Below are positions 34,618 through 48,600 of a stretch of 64,000 bases of DNA, in pieces. How positions within the stretch are numbered: position 1 is the stretch's first letter; each line of letters begins with the position of its first letter. The notes below the pieces were generated by a model, which was not told where the DNA came from, made no database searches, and worked only from the letters and a program-made list of their open reading frames with translations. Position numbers and translations under genes: made by a program. Source of the stretch: Eremomyces bilateralis CBS 781.70 (Eukaryota); assembly GCA_010015585.1 (NCBI GenBank), contig ML975149.1; one strand, given 5' to 3'.

Positions 34618-37608
34618 GAAGAGATTCACTGGATTAGTGATTGGATTTCGATTTGGAAGGATATCGTCATGACTGGGCAGAAGGGCGTTGGTTAGTGGCG
34701 TTTGTTGGTTAATGGTGGGTCCCGAGGGAAAGGGGCAGTCCCCTTAGATGGGGAAATCCCGTTTGTGTGAATGTTTTGGTCGGTCATAGGCACGTTTAAA
34801 GGCGTTTTATAGGTTTCTTTAACGTCTCATTGAATGCAAACTTGCTCTTCCAATCATTCTTCCGATTGTGTCAATTTGTTGAGTCACAGTTCGTCAGCGC
34901 CAATCTCATTCCATCATCAACTGGCCACGCAAACGGAGGTTCTGCGATGGCATAAGTATCGCCCCAACTGCATGCCACCGTACTATCGCTGTCCATCGCC
35001 TCGGAATATTTCGCGTTGCAGAATTCCGTTTCGCCAGTTCTCCCCCCTTTCTAGAAGGATTAACTGTATACAAATATCGAACCAATTGTCTGGCATAATA
35101 AGCAAGAATTCAGCCGCGTATACCATCGTCAGTCTATGTATATCTTAACTCTTTAGAACGCCACTTCGGTGGCATAAGTAGTCATTCATTGAATAAGACT
35201 GCCTGCAAGAGGGTTTATTGCTCATACGATACATCTTTTTGGTCCATCGTGCCAGCAATTGAACATGTAGACAAAGACTGTTTGATCTGGAATCCTAGGA
35301 TAGCACCGTAGGGAGTCATGGCTCTCCTAGTGATCATGGAGGTAATCCATTACCTGCTCATCCATGTTAAATTTTTGAATATTTTGCATTGCTGTCTCGT
35401 TCCGAACACTCCACAACAGAAAGGAGGTCAGAGAAGCAGTAAACTTCTCTGATAGCCAGAACACAGTAGAGACTACGGAGTGGGCCGAAAAGCATGGAAA
35501 CCGACTGTCTTCACTGAGCCGTCATCCAGAAACCGGGGCAGTGGACGTTTCGCTCGCGACCCACATCATCACACCCTTCGCATTTTCCAGATGGGAAAGT
35601 TGAAATTTTCACGAATCCGCAGCCTCCTCATGAATGACGAATCCAAAATCGTCCGTTGCTAGTGAGTCTGATCTCACTTGTATCGAGGACGTGGACAGCC
35701 TTTCCCTCTTGTTAGATTAAAATGGTGTGCAGAGAAATTAGCTCAGCATCAGGTCTCCTACAGATTCTTTGGTGCAGTGCAGAGTGTTTCTTACTTAATA
35801 GGATGAGATTTCAGAAGAGTGTGGCTGTGGAGCGGAGTCGGCACTTTCGGGGGGACATTGTGCTGAGGGAGTAAGAGCTCAGAAAATTGTATGAAATATT
35901 AGGGCAATATCTATCACAACCTCTGAAACAAACTCTGGTTCACATAGCTTCCTGCCTTCTATTTTTGTGTCGAAATGAATAGCCAGGTTAAGGATAGAGA
36001 TACCAACAGTGGCTGTTAGGGATAGTGCAGGGTCAACCTATTCCGATTTCCGTTTTCTCCAAATGACTCCATCCAAAATAGCTCAAGTGGCCCGGTCCAG
36101 CTTGAACAAAAATCCCTGAAAAAGGTATAGAAAAGGATAAGGATAAAAAGAATCAGTTCCCAAGGGAGAAAGGGGATGACTCGTCGACTGACGTCCCCAA
36201 GGAGAAGCGGGGGAGTTAACAAGTGGTCGAGATATATTGGTTAAAATGCCTCGAGGACAATATCGATCTCCTTTGTCTCTACTCAAAACTGCTGCCTACG
36301 GGAACATATTGCTTAGGTAGTCCTCTATCATCATCTAATACGAAGGGCGTGGCGCTACGAGACATATCGGGTGCACCACCGAGCGAACATGATTCGCAGG
36401 CAAGCGATGATGGATTACCAAGGATACATTATAGTTCACTTGATCTTGGTCCCTGTATTTCCGACGATGAGATTTATGGTGTTCTCGAGAAACTGTTGGC
36501 ATTTGTTGCAAGTCCACTACGCCAAAAGGGGAACCCCTCAGTTGGGAGTGTAGGACTTGTTATTTTTACTTGATAGCATTCGATTCCCGATACGTCCGGC
36601 TGCATAATTACAAAGGATCCCATAGGTTCGAGGTACGCCATATAGCCCTACATGGCTCTTGGGCACTACGGTTCAGTTATTTCGGCGGTTCACTTCAAGG
36701 ATCACTGGAATCTCGTGCCTCTGCGACAGATAGACCTGGATTCTTCCCCTTAGCCAACCTCTTTCAATCCGCGATGCCGTTGATCATCCGACCCATCCTG
36801 AGTGGCGGACATTGCCACATCACCTCAAGTTTTTGCACATTAATATCAAGTCAGGAAGGGTGGCTCACCTTGGGTCCACCGATTCAACATGTGGACTCTG
36901 TCGCCATTGCGGTAGATAATTGGAAATGTAGACTCGATCAATAGCACTTCATGTAGATAAGTACTACCAGAGTCAACTTGTTTGATCAGGGTCCGATATT
37001 GTGGCCCATATCAGTGTGATGCCTACCAACATGCTCTTATTTATCCCATTCCACAAGAGCATTCCTAGCAAATGAGCGGTTTCCACACCCTTCCTGAAGA
37101 GTACGCCCGGAAATCCTTCACGAATTTGGATATAGGGGTTATGTAATCAGAAATCACTGCATCCCTGGATATAATCCGTCCGATGCTGTTCGCTAACTAG
37201 ACAATGACTGTTCTTGAACAGGGCTCCTCGACGAAAATCGTGATCCTCTGGCGGAACGTATAAACACCTCGCTGTGGATTCAGGCAACACTACTGGAAAC
37301 TTTACGAACGACTGAACAGATACGGTGGACGGACTCATTGAATTGTTTTACCAGACCTAGGAAACGTAGACACGGAAACGAAGTCAACAGTCCAACTCTG
37401 ACCACTAAGCGCTACAAATCCCGCTCAGCAGCTTGCGAAATACTTCTGTACACCGGAGCATCAACGCCAATCGTCCGAGGCATGATCGGAGCTGTCGAAC
37501 GCCTAATATGGACGGAATTTACCAGTTTGACGGCTCACTCATCTGACTTCTTCTCCTACCCACTCTCATCCTCGCCCTCAACCTCCGTCGTCGCTATTCT
37601 CCATTCCA

Positions 37609-38879
37609 CTACTCATCCAGGTCGAGGAAATCAATCCCAATCTCCGCCTGCGCAGCCCCCTGCTCAGCCGCCTTCTTCAGATAAAGCTGATAGCTCGCCT
37701 TGAAAGCTCTGAACACCATCACCAACTGCTCTCCCCAGCACAGGTACAGCTCTAGCAGCAAGATATTCACCAAGGCCAGGATCATCGCGGTATCGATGAC
37801 CATCAACTTCCCGATGATCAACAAGACACGCTTAAACGGGCTCGTGAGCCCCCTCGACTCTTTCTTCATCGCCACCGGATTCACGCGATACTTTGTCTCT
37901 TCCACGACCATCAGCTCACAAATACTCCCATCCATCGGCACGATTGTCTCCTCGTCAATAGGGAAATAAGCCGCCTCTAGCCTCACCAATAAAATCTCCA
38001 TCCGCACCGTGATAAACAAGTAGTACAGCACCGAAAAAACCGACATGCACGTCGTGAGCACTAGGATGTTCATATCGGGATTTCGGTCCAACGCGACCAT
38101 CTCTGCGGCCATCCGCGCCATGCTAATCACCACCTCATTTGTGATGCCCCACATCGCAGCGGTGAGAGAGATCGCCTTCCATCCACGACGCGCGTGCGCG
38201 AGCCGGCTGCCCATGCGTTTGTCGGACGGCATGGCGATTGTGGCGTGGGTCCAGGCAGCGTGGAGAGGCGCAACGGCGGCAGAGGCGATAGCGACGGCGA
38301 TGTAGTTGCCGACGGGGAAGCGGAGGAGCGCCGCGAGGAAGTAGTGCAGGGACCCAAAGGCGACGAGGTAGAGAGCGCCATAGTGCAGCGCGCGATAGCT
38401 GGAGAGGGGACCGGCGAGGGAGCGGAGGTGGGTGCGGAAGGTGCGGATGTGGCGAGTGAGGGGGATGGCGGGGATGGTTGTGGATTCGTCGACGAAGAGG
38501 GGGTCGTCGGGGTGGTCGTCGGAGGAGGGTTCTTTTTCTTTTTCGACGAGGGAGATGCGGAAAATGGTGGTTGGCTTGGAGGACTCGATCATGGCGCAGG
38601 TGGACATGACATGGCCGACGCTATAGTGGATCTGGGAGGGTAGTTAGTATGGCCGGATGATCTTGATATTTTGATGTTGACAATGGGGAAGAGGCGTACG
38701 GTATAGAGCATGAATATAAATGCGAACACAGTCGACCACAGGAGCGAACCACCCCACCAAGGAAGCGTAGGATCGAACTGCTTCCACGCGATCATGGCCT
38801 CCGCATCGATATCAAAGAGCCTTGGATCCGTGTGAACTCCACGCTTGACAGCATGGCTGATGGCGCGTGCGACCAGCAT
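37609..38879 (-). CDS. Fungal multi-pass membrane protein of unknown function, 2 exons
   Basis: MLVARAISHAVKRG exon plus a 332 aa ORF with RHIRTFRTHLRS..G..S.YR, HAAWTHATIAMP and LVRLEAAYFP.DEETIVP.D. Confidence 0.7.
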
Positions 38880-40240
38880 GTTGCCTAGATTTGACGATAA
38901 CGGAACTACAATGAGAAAACCAATCAAAGAAATTAAATCAAATGGGTAAGAAATGATAATGGGAGATGAAAGATCGTGATGTTGGAATGAAAAACGGAAG
39001 GAAAGGCTAATATGTATGGGATAGAAAGGAGATGGACGAGGTTGATGGCTTGGTGGGCGAGGCTGTCTTTTTACGCTGGCGCCTTGAAGGAGCGGAATCC
39101 CAGATCCCGTTGCCACTCGGAGTCTCGATCGTTAATGAGAGCTGACGAGGAATTCGATGGAGTGAGGCTATGCTGTGTTTGGAACGCCGCATCCAACCCC
39201 TGAAGGTATTGATATCCCAGATGTCACTATCCCCAATTGGGTGATGAATCAGGGTGGTGACGACGCCCAAAGGGAGCCACGTGATCTTTGTATCGCCATG
39301 ATGTTAGACCTGGACCGGGAGAGCATCGGTTATGAGGCATTGAGGCAGCACGTGATTAGTCATTCTTTGTATTTAAACTCTCATTTGTATAATTAGTTTC
39401 TTAATAAGACACGTTTCGATCCAACAATGACATGGTTTCAGAGTTGAAACAGACTGGAAATATTTGCCTCTGCAATCTGCATATTCCATGAGACCGGTAG
39501 AATGCTTACTTAGGTAAAGTAGCCGTGGGAAAAAGAGATTCGAACTGTGCAGCTGTGCTCCAGCTGTTAAAGGTCACGTTCACTAAGACTAAAATTTATG
39601 AGAAAGTTGGATTGTGGAAAGATCTACTGTCAGAGATCAGGCTTTCAGGATATCTCTTATTTTTCGGGACCCGCCGGTCTCCAGACCGCGCCCCCATTTC
39701 TCAGTCGTATTTAGGTGGTCTAGCCCCCATGGTTCCCCCGTGGTTCCCCCGTGGTTCCCACGTGGAGGAGCATCCCACACCCCACGATATCACCAATGCT
39801 TCTTTCTTTGCTTCTTCGCTCGTTTTGAGGAAACCAAGGTCCCCACGACCATCAATTGTATACAGAACATATAAGATGAGCGTATTCCCGTAGTTTGTAC
39901 GCTCATTAAGGATCAAGATCAATCAACACTTTCAATTCTTGGTAATCAAGTGCTATCCTGCTGAAGTCGCATCTCCAGATCACCTGATCAACGGAACAGC
40001 TGTACTCTGTCATCTACTGATATCCATATTGTATTTCAGAAGAGGAAGACAAAAGCACTCTCTAATATATACCGTGAGAAGATGTTTTTTCGGAGAGAAG
40101 GTAGAACTTCAAAACGTGTCAAGGGGAAAGGGAGGCTAGATACAAGGAGATTGCCTACAATACCGGACTGTAAGCTGTAAGAACTCATCCTCCTCCTCAT
40201 CGCCATCATCATGATCGTCATCAACCCAAGCAACATCACC

Positions 40241-42632
40241 TTACACACCGGCTCCCGGGCCTGAGATAGCGTCGGGCAGCAGCTTCCCTGGCGCAAAGAG
40301 ACCCGAATCCTCGTCCACGCCGACGCGATCCGGACTATTCCAATACCTCTTCCACTCAATGCAACCCTGATTGTAATCGTCCAAGTTGCCAATGGTGCTA
40401 AGGATCTCGTCCTTGCGCTCCACAAACTGCATGCTCAAGCCTTGGGATGCGTGCCATGCCTGCAAGAAAAGTTAGCGTCGGCGTGCTCAACGAGTGGTTC
40501 TAGCTGTTCCGATTGTTCTGAATGCGTGCGAGGGGGACGGTGTGTCTTACAATATGGCAATGCATCAGCCATGCGCCTGGGTTATCGGACTGGAATGCCA
40601 GAAGCATCCAGGCTCCATCGGGGCTTCCTGGGAGAGTGGCAACATCGCGTCGCACGGCGTCCTTGAAGTTGAACGAGTCCAGGGTGTAGGGGAAGGCTCC
40701 GACTCCACTCCCGAGAAGCCAGAAGTCGTGGCCGTGCAAATGAATGGGATGAGGGAGCGGGCGTGTGGGGTCATTGCGGATGACCCAGAAGTACCACTGA
40801 TATCGTTAGATGGATTCCTTGAGCATGCGAGTTGTTTTCCCATCGGATGGGTTTCTCAATTTCGTTGTGTATGGGATGGGATGATTCGTTCACCGGGACT
40901 GTGTACGTACCGTGTCTTTCTCTGGCATCTCAACTACGCTCATCCGAGTATCATACGGCGTTCCATTCTTGACGTAGGAAATCGTTGGCTCCTCCCAGTT
41001 GACGTCCATGGAGCTCCCATTGATGTACCAGTTCACAATATTTTCGGCTCCGCTCCCTAAAGTAATATCCAGGGGCGTCACTTGCTCCAGGAAGGTGTCG
41101 GACGGTACCTATGTATGGATTACGATTAGACACCAGGCTGAAATCCGAAACATCAGAGCACTCACCGGAAGCGGCAGGAAGGGCTTGAAGGTCTCATCAT
41201 CGCAGGTATCCGTCATCGTACTACCCGTCGAGGTCGGATTCTCGTCCGGCGCGCCCTCGTAGCTCAGGATGGCGCCCACCGTCACATCGGCATTGTTGTA
41301 GATGTCCGCCTTGCCACAGAGAGCGCTGCCAGGTTGAACACGGAGCCAGTAGTTGGAGGCGGGACCGTCCTGGTCCGCGGTAAAGACGACATCGTAACGC
41401 TGACCTAAAAGGAGAGTCAGAATTAGGATGCAATCGTTTGGGAAGAAACTAACCAATGTTGATCTTCAGATCGGTGGTTTCGTATGGAACCACCGGAACG
41501 TAATCAGCCTCAATGACTGTGAACGGATGGCCGTCCTGGTATCGTGTTAAAGGGTCATCTCATTCCAATAAGGAAAGCAGTTTCGGACGTACCATTGACA
41601 CATGGAAGAGATGATCAACCGCCGTATTCACGAATCGGAGTCGGTATCGCTGCCCCTTCACGACATTGATCTTCTGGTACTGGCCGTTCCCATTCCCATC
41701 GATCATCGTGCCATTGACCAAAACTGTGTCACTGGGCGGAGGTAAACCTCCACCGTACAGCGCTCGCCATAGAAGCATCCACGTCTGATCGTAGTACCAG
41801 TCTGAGAGCGGAAGCACCCCAAGATCTGAAATCATCGTCAGCGTCAGTCAATTCGCGATGCCTGTCCTATTTCGGCGTTACCTGTGTTATAATTGGTGTT
41901 CGCCGGCCCGTCAATGATAATGGTACCTACGACCCCCTCGCCGTATTGAGCGGAATGGTGGCTATGATACCAGGTTGTGCCGTGTTGGGTGGCTTTGAAC
42001 TCGTATGTCCTAGTCGTCCCGGGGGCAAGGGGACCTGGAACAGTATCAGTCAAGTTCTGGAGCTGCAGGCAAATGGCTCATTCTTACATTCCGTGACACC
42101 ATTGGTTCCATCCTGCTTATTGCTATTCAATTGCCGGAGACCATGCCAATGGATCGATGTTCCATTGTCCATGACATCGTTGTGAACAATGATTCGGATA
42201 TTATCACCCCAATCTGCGAAACGTTAGCGGATAAACTTTGTTGCGTCTACAGTCTCAACATACTTGCTCTAATGGTTGGTCCCGGGTATTGGCCATTAAT
42301 CAATGTGCACCACTTCTCTCCATGGCCATCAGGATTGCATGTCGTATTCGTAAGACGCAAATTAAACTAAGGATATCTATAAGTTGGTATTCCAGGCGTG
42401 TTCAAGTGAATCAAAGTACCGTTTCCGTTTGGCCTGTGGATGGCCACGATTCATGGGGGTTCGTATTGATGTCAAACCCATCCGTCCAGCAGTTTCTGCT
42501 GTCTGGTCCATTCTCGCATGCCTGTCTTGGTTCCAGGTTACTGGAGGCGGCGCGGCTAAAAGGAATGGTAGCCCCTTGAATCAGGCCGGCGAAGGCAAGA
42601 AGAGCCGGGACGAACTGCGAAATCGGACTCAT
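40241..42632 (-). CDS. Secreted laccase (AA1 multicopper oxidase, ascomycete type), many introns
   Basis: Signal peptide; HWHG, [43 protein letters not shown]; DSGL near the C-terminus. Confidence 0.96.
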
Positions 42633-45600
42633 GATGACTGAGTCTTCTAAGAATCTTAACTGTCAAACGAAGGTCTCTAAACGATTGAGATGGTAGTGAT
42701 TCCATTGACAACCAGTAGATGAACCGGACTTATATACACGAGCAATGGACTTTAAAAGCTCGAAAGCATTTCTAAGATAGTGACAGTACCCATCACAGGA
42801 CTTACTCATTTCGGGATTTATCCCGTCGATCCGCACCTTGCTTTCCAGTAGACTTTCTCCCTGCATCTGATTCCATGTCCCCGATGTGGGGGAAGCAAGG
42901 GACTGTAGATCCGCTTTCCTCGGATTTCGGGTGGGTGAGGGGATGTTGACAGGGAAAAGTCGGAGGAAAGCTGCTCCATCGACTGAGTTGACTGATATAG
43001 ACGCCGAAGAATCTGACTACGAACAAGACCATGCGCAGCTGAAGACGAATACGGAAGCATTAAACTTGAGATAACGGGAGGCAAATAGATTACTCCGCAT
43101 GGACCGCATAGATGTACTTTTTTTTAACAAACGACATAGACTCATGGAACCTAGTAGAGCAGAATGAGAATCAGGATACCTGTGGGCATTTGCGGGACCG
43201 TCAGACCGCACGGCCCAGGATAGCATGATGAGCAACGTAATCGTACATATCAGAAGCCAAGCTAATGAGCCGTCGTCCTTGTTTTTCGCTCTACCGCCAT
43301 CGGCCACTGCAGGAGCTGGCGATATCAGTATACCTGATACTGGTATCAAGTCCTGAAGAGGTTCGTTTTCGGTTTTGGGCATTGATACGAGCCTGGAGAA
43401 CACGGAGTTTCCGGTCCGTTTGCGAAACATGTCCAATGCAGCTTCGTTTTTGCCAGACCGACCAGCGTGGAATTTCGGCAGGCGGTGCAGGGAATTCCAG
43501 CTCGACCCTAAATCTGGAATTCAAGGACCAGGTGACGCCTAGATACCACGTGTGCTTTGTCTGTTCCAGGCAGTGTACGCCTTGGAGTACGAAGTGGCTT
43601 CGCCAATCGCATCGCCGGAAGCCTTGTTTGGTGAATCATGGGGTTGTTCGGCGGTGATCCTAGGGAAATATTGATATTCTTTCGCCCGTCATCGGTGGTC
43701 AACTGGCGGACCATGAAAAGCTCCGATACTCCAGGGACCCGGTTCTAAAAGTAGCAAGCATATCGAGCCGCATTCCGGTATACTGGAAATCCCCCCCGTT
43801 CGTTCTAAATGCCGCCCGAAACCCGGTATACGGCTGGCAACCAAGAAGCTCATGAACTTTTGACTCGTTAGTGGCTCAATACAAATCGGTGATCGACGAG
43901 GCCCAGAAGAATGAATGAAAATAGAAGCAGTCTATCGAAGTGGCTGTAAAAAACGCGGGGCAGAATGTAATCCACCGGATTCGTCAGCGTCCCGTCAGCC
44001 CTACAGAACTGAGGTGAAGTCAGCAACGACGATCCGGCACAGGTGGAAGTACGATATTGTGGAGTGCCAATAGTGATGGCGACGACGGTGGATCCAACGG
44101 TAGACCGTCCGATGAATACGAACTGCATCGCCGAATGCAGCTCGCATTTCTTTGCGGCAACACGTTTGGAAGACGTCAAAAGATAATTCGGTCGACGTTC
44201 ATCGACATCAAGGATGTTCCTGGTGTCGCGACACGGGCCGGTATTCCAGTTGTACTGTTGTTAGCAAGCAGCTTGCGTTATCCCGCTTGATTAGTGTCCG
44301 TGTTCGAAACTGTTTCATGGTCATATTGATGTACAGTAGCTTACTATGCTAGAACGCATGTTCGAAATGCCTCAACGTGATGTATGGCTTCATTCGCATT
44401 CTATCACGACGAGAGATCCTGGATTCCAAAAGTGCCCGACCGGGTACCGTAACCGGACGCCTGGTCCTGCACCGCTGCCGGTTGAGTTTCAATGTTGCCA
44501 AGACATCACCTACCCGCCGTTCGCGACCGAGAAGGCCATTTGTTGGCCACGGCACATCGATTGTATATCTCGTTACTCATAAGTCGTACCATGACCTTGA
44601 ACACGGGCGCAAAAGTCTATACTCAACCACCGTTTTGATTTGAGTGATGGGTAGCAGCATATCATACTGACCTCAAAAATCATGGGGAGCGAACGGAGTC
44701 TCGGTCATGGATGCCGCTTGTCCCGAAGCCTCAGAAATCACCGTGATCCTAAAGGAAGGGCGGAATCTCACCGAGGCCGTTCCCCACGGTGCTTCGCAAG
44801 ATTCAACGGCGGCATCTGAGAGCGGACATCAGGAATCGAATAGAAAACGGCTTGTGTGGTGTTTCAGTTGAGCTTTGGGGACGGAAACAATATGTGCATT
44901 GAGAGCAGTAGCAGTAGCGGATTCTACCGAATGTCCCGCGAAACCTCGACGCGGCTCGAAGAACAGAAGGCTCTTGGCGGCCTAAGGGGAATGGTGGCGT
45001 TGAGGAGGACGCCACAGACGTATCCTGGCCTCCCACCCCATGATAGTGATGCGGGGGCTAGTTGGCGGAACCTTTCAGATAGATTAACTTCATCCAATTA
45101 CGATGATTAGCCAGGTTGGCGGAAACTCTTTAGATAGATCAAATACATGCGCGCTGCGCGGTGCCTTCATATCGGACACGAGGTTGGCGTTGAGGCGTTC
45201 AGCTCCGCGGAGTGCATTTAACGATGGTGGCGCGTCTCACAGGTTTGACAGTGAGTGGCAGCGCAATTAAGAAAAGAAGCTTACTTCACTGAAAGTGTCA
45301 GTATTGACTGAAGATGGACGGCCTGGAATATAGTGTCAGTATTCCCGTCGTTGTGGTCGCTTCCAGTGTATACGGACAAGTGAAGAAGCAAACCTGGCTT
45401 CCGCTAGTTAAACAAAAAGCGCTTACATCGGTTACCTTAGTTTGGCCACTGCAAGTTCCAGAGCTCCAGTCCTACCTCGGGCTCACCGAGATGCGTCAGC
45501 TTCTGTGTGTACGGCCGTACAGCCGGTCGAGATGCTTGCAACCTGTGCTGGGACGAAGGGAAGACTTGACGCAGCGCGTTGGGATTTAGAGCTGGAATCC

Positions 45601-48600
45601 TAGTCCGCCATGCTGCCGTAGCAGGCTAATTTATATTACCGCTGCAGCTGTTCTCACCAGTCTCAGGTCTGTGGAATCGTAAAAGCTCCGACTGGATAGA
45701 ACGGGCCCAAGCATGCCTATATTACCTATATTATACGTTCCCTGGTGTTCATAGGGACGTTTATGCACGATCGACTGAATTTTCACCACTCCGTACTGTG
45801 GAGAGGATAGCGTGGCCTGAGAACATGTACCCACTAGCTGTATAATCCGCCTGTCGGCTTGACTTCCCGTTAGCTCGCCAGATAGTACTGCGGACTGTCG
45901 CATACGGTACCAGGTATATCTATTCGTGGGCGCCTCCGTCTAGTGATTCCTGGCACCGGGATGTACTTGATTGTACCTCGAATACTCCCTTGTATCCGAA
46001 TTAATATATCTTTTGAACGCTCTTTGACGGGCACGTTGGTTTTATACATCCTAACGGTTTGGTTGGCAGATGCATTATGGATCTTAGCCTTGCCGTTAAA
46101 GAAATATTACCTGAACTGTGCCAACCAGGTGGTTGGAAATGGCGACGGCGCCATGCTAAATATATTAATCCCTCCAGCCGAGCGCGATTTTACGGTCCTC
46201 CACTCCACGTCTATTTTGCCACTGTTCCCGTGGCCGGGCTTATGATAGCGTGTTTCTGCTATGAATCTAGGATTCAAGCTACTTCAGATAGACTTGGAAC
46301 CACCAAGCCCGGGCGGCATCTTATCTAGCTGAATGCTTCTTTAGACCTCTTTCGGTTCTCAGTTCTAGTCACTGCCCTTCAGAGGCCACTTTTCAACCTA
46401 CCCTCATTAGTTTGCTTATCGGAGCTATGAGTAATCGTTGCCGAAGAACGGGTACACGCGGGCACTATTCAGACGATGATGCCTTCGTCTTGATTGTGAA
46501 GCTCACTGTATTGTCATGCAAGCCCAGGGTTACCAGAAGGGGATGCCAAGCAAGGACAGCTCACTGGCATCGGTAGTGGGTTGATACGGGAAGCTATAAG
46601 GCGGGTGACTACAGATCACTGACTGCAGAGGGAAGTCTACAGGAGAACTCTACCATACAGGTTTGTAAGAGGTAAGCTGTTCAATAAGCGAAAATCCTAC
46701 CAAAAGCCCCTGATCCCAGCAAAATCCGGCCTATCTCCCTGTACCCTATTTTCGCCTATATCCTTTCCGTATCTAGTAGAGAAATCATTTCTTCACCATC
46801 ACCTAAGAACGTTTTAGGGATCAGCGCGCATGTGGCCGCATGCAGCATTCGGAGTTTCATGGAACTGCTAACCCCCGTGTGGCGACGGGCTAGGGGGGTA
46901 GGAACCCTAGATCGCAGCACTGATTGATACGGCGGCCCAAGTCGATTGAAAGGGTCTAGATCTGTGGTTGAAAGACGGGCTTAAAGCAACTCGAGGAAAA
47001 TTCGGCAAATCTTCACGGGATAATGTGCCGTTCCCTGAGCACTAAGACACGGGAGCCGTGCAACTATCATTTCTCTCATTCTACTGCATTTCCCGATCGA
47101 CGTCTTCCTCTTCCAATTATTGTCGGAGATAAAGGGGAACGCCGAAGGCGGAGAGCCCAGTATATCCGTATTGATTAGTACATCGAGATTTGGTCGACTT
47201 CGTATGGTCATCTGGCCTCTTTATTCCTCTTGCGCAACAAGGCTAGCTATCCAGACAACCTATTTTAAGTGCTAGGCAGTGGAAGAATATGTGGAGCAGG
47301 AGATACGAACTGGAGGGCGATTTTGACAGGGATCGAATTTCGGAATTCAAGCACAATCATTAAAACAACCCGATGTAGACGCCCCCGATGGCGAGGATAG
47401 GCACTCAGACATGAAGTCACAACAGTCTCAATCTTAACGGTTTTCACGACAGAAGGGAAGATCAGGAGGGAAAGCGTAGCGGGGGACGTGGCTCAGAAGA
47501 GAACAAATCCCCGTCATCTCCTGCTGACCTGACAGTCCTCAGGGACCGGACCAGACTGATGTTGCTGTACTCTCAGCCTCCTGGCAATGGCCTTTACATG
47601 GTAAATGAAGTATTACGGCATCTGTGGGTTCTTAGACAGGGCACACTAATATGTGATGATTCTAATAATGACAAGGAGCGAGCATAATAGCATGAGGCGC
47701 AAATGTAAAGTGAAGCTGATAGATTCGACTGTCATGGTTAGCCACACGAAGTTATGACGTAGCGGTACTAGACTCTGTACTCGCCTCGTACCCATGGTCC
47801 ATAGAGCTCAACTACTTGTATCCTATACATGTATGAACACTTGGAGAATATTACCCCAAGGTCAGGATATTTTTAGATCACTGAGGTCATTGACTAGGAT
47901 TGTATATTTCACTCAACGTATCGGTATATCCATACTCGGTACTAGCTAATAGTAATACGATAGGTTTTACCTAATCGAATATCGAAATAGTGCATTTCCA
48001 TTCGTACTGCTTTCGAAATCTGATTGGCGAGCTGCAGGGAATGTTCTAATTCTGATTCTCTTCCTGCTATGGCAATCGAAACCACACGGGCGCGTAGCTA
48101 CCAATGATACTAACTCCCAAATGTCCCCCATACCTGTCGTAATTTACAGTAGTCTTGTTTCATTAGATCCCTGTGCCATTGCCGTCATCGGGACCATTCA
48201 AGTAATTCAATGGTGAGAATTTGAGGCTGTTTGTCGATACCTTCTATACCGACCGCCGCAGAACCGCGCAAATTTGTCAAGGGCGGTAGGGAGATCCTCC
48301 TTAGGGATACGATTAAACTTGAAGCTCGCTGTTAGGGCAGGCATAGTCCAGCCATAGAGGAAATGTGTGCGGCGAGCCGCGACCCTGCCACTCGTATCGG
48401 CCCCATTGATCGCGGAGGCTAAACTTAGGATTTACCCCAGTCTTATATAGAGCCTCGCGGCGCTGATGAAAGAGGAATGCGGCGATACGGGGATGGTCTC
48501 GGAGGTTACGGCGTAAGATTGAGATCCATTACTCCGTACGCCACTCCTCATATTGATGTAAATGACGCTGCAGATCATCCCAGTGGTAATCGGCGGCCAA

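Noticed and set aside
35400..37500. Short ORFs (36223..36573, 36570..36944) as genes
   Set aside because: No recognisable motifs or coherent splice model; possibly relic DNA, but unsupported.
39729..39765. 12-bp x3 repeat CCGTGGTTCCCC; also (TAAGGCTG)n at about 63018-63069 and (GA)n at about 15917
   Set aside because: Ordinary short tandem repeats with no further structure.
43000..46400. Multiple 60-140 aa ORFs upstream of the laccase
   Set aside because: No recognisable domains; consistent with chance ORFs or an unidentifiable degraded gene.
46900..46970. Hammerhead ribozyme or group I intron (CTGATTGA...GAAA)
   Set aside because: The core deviates from CUGANGA, stem I cannot form, and no convincing P/Q/R/S elements were found.
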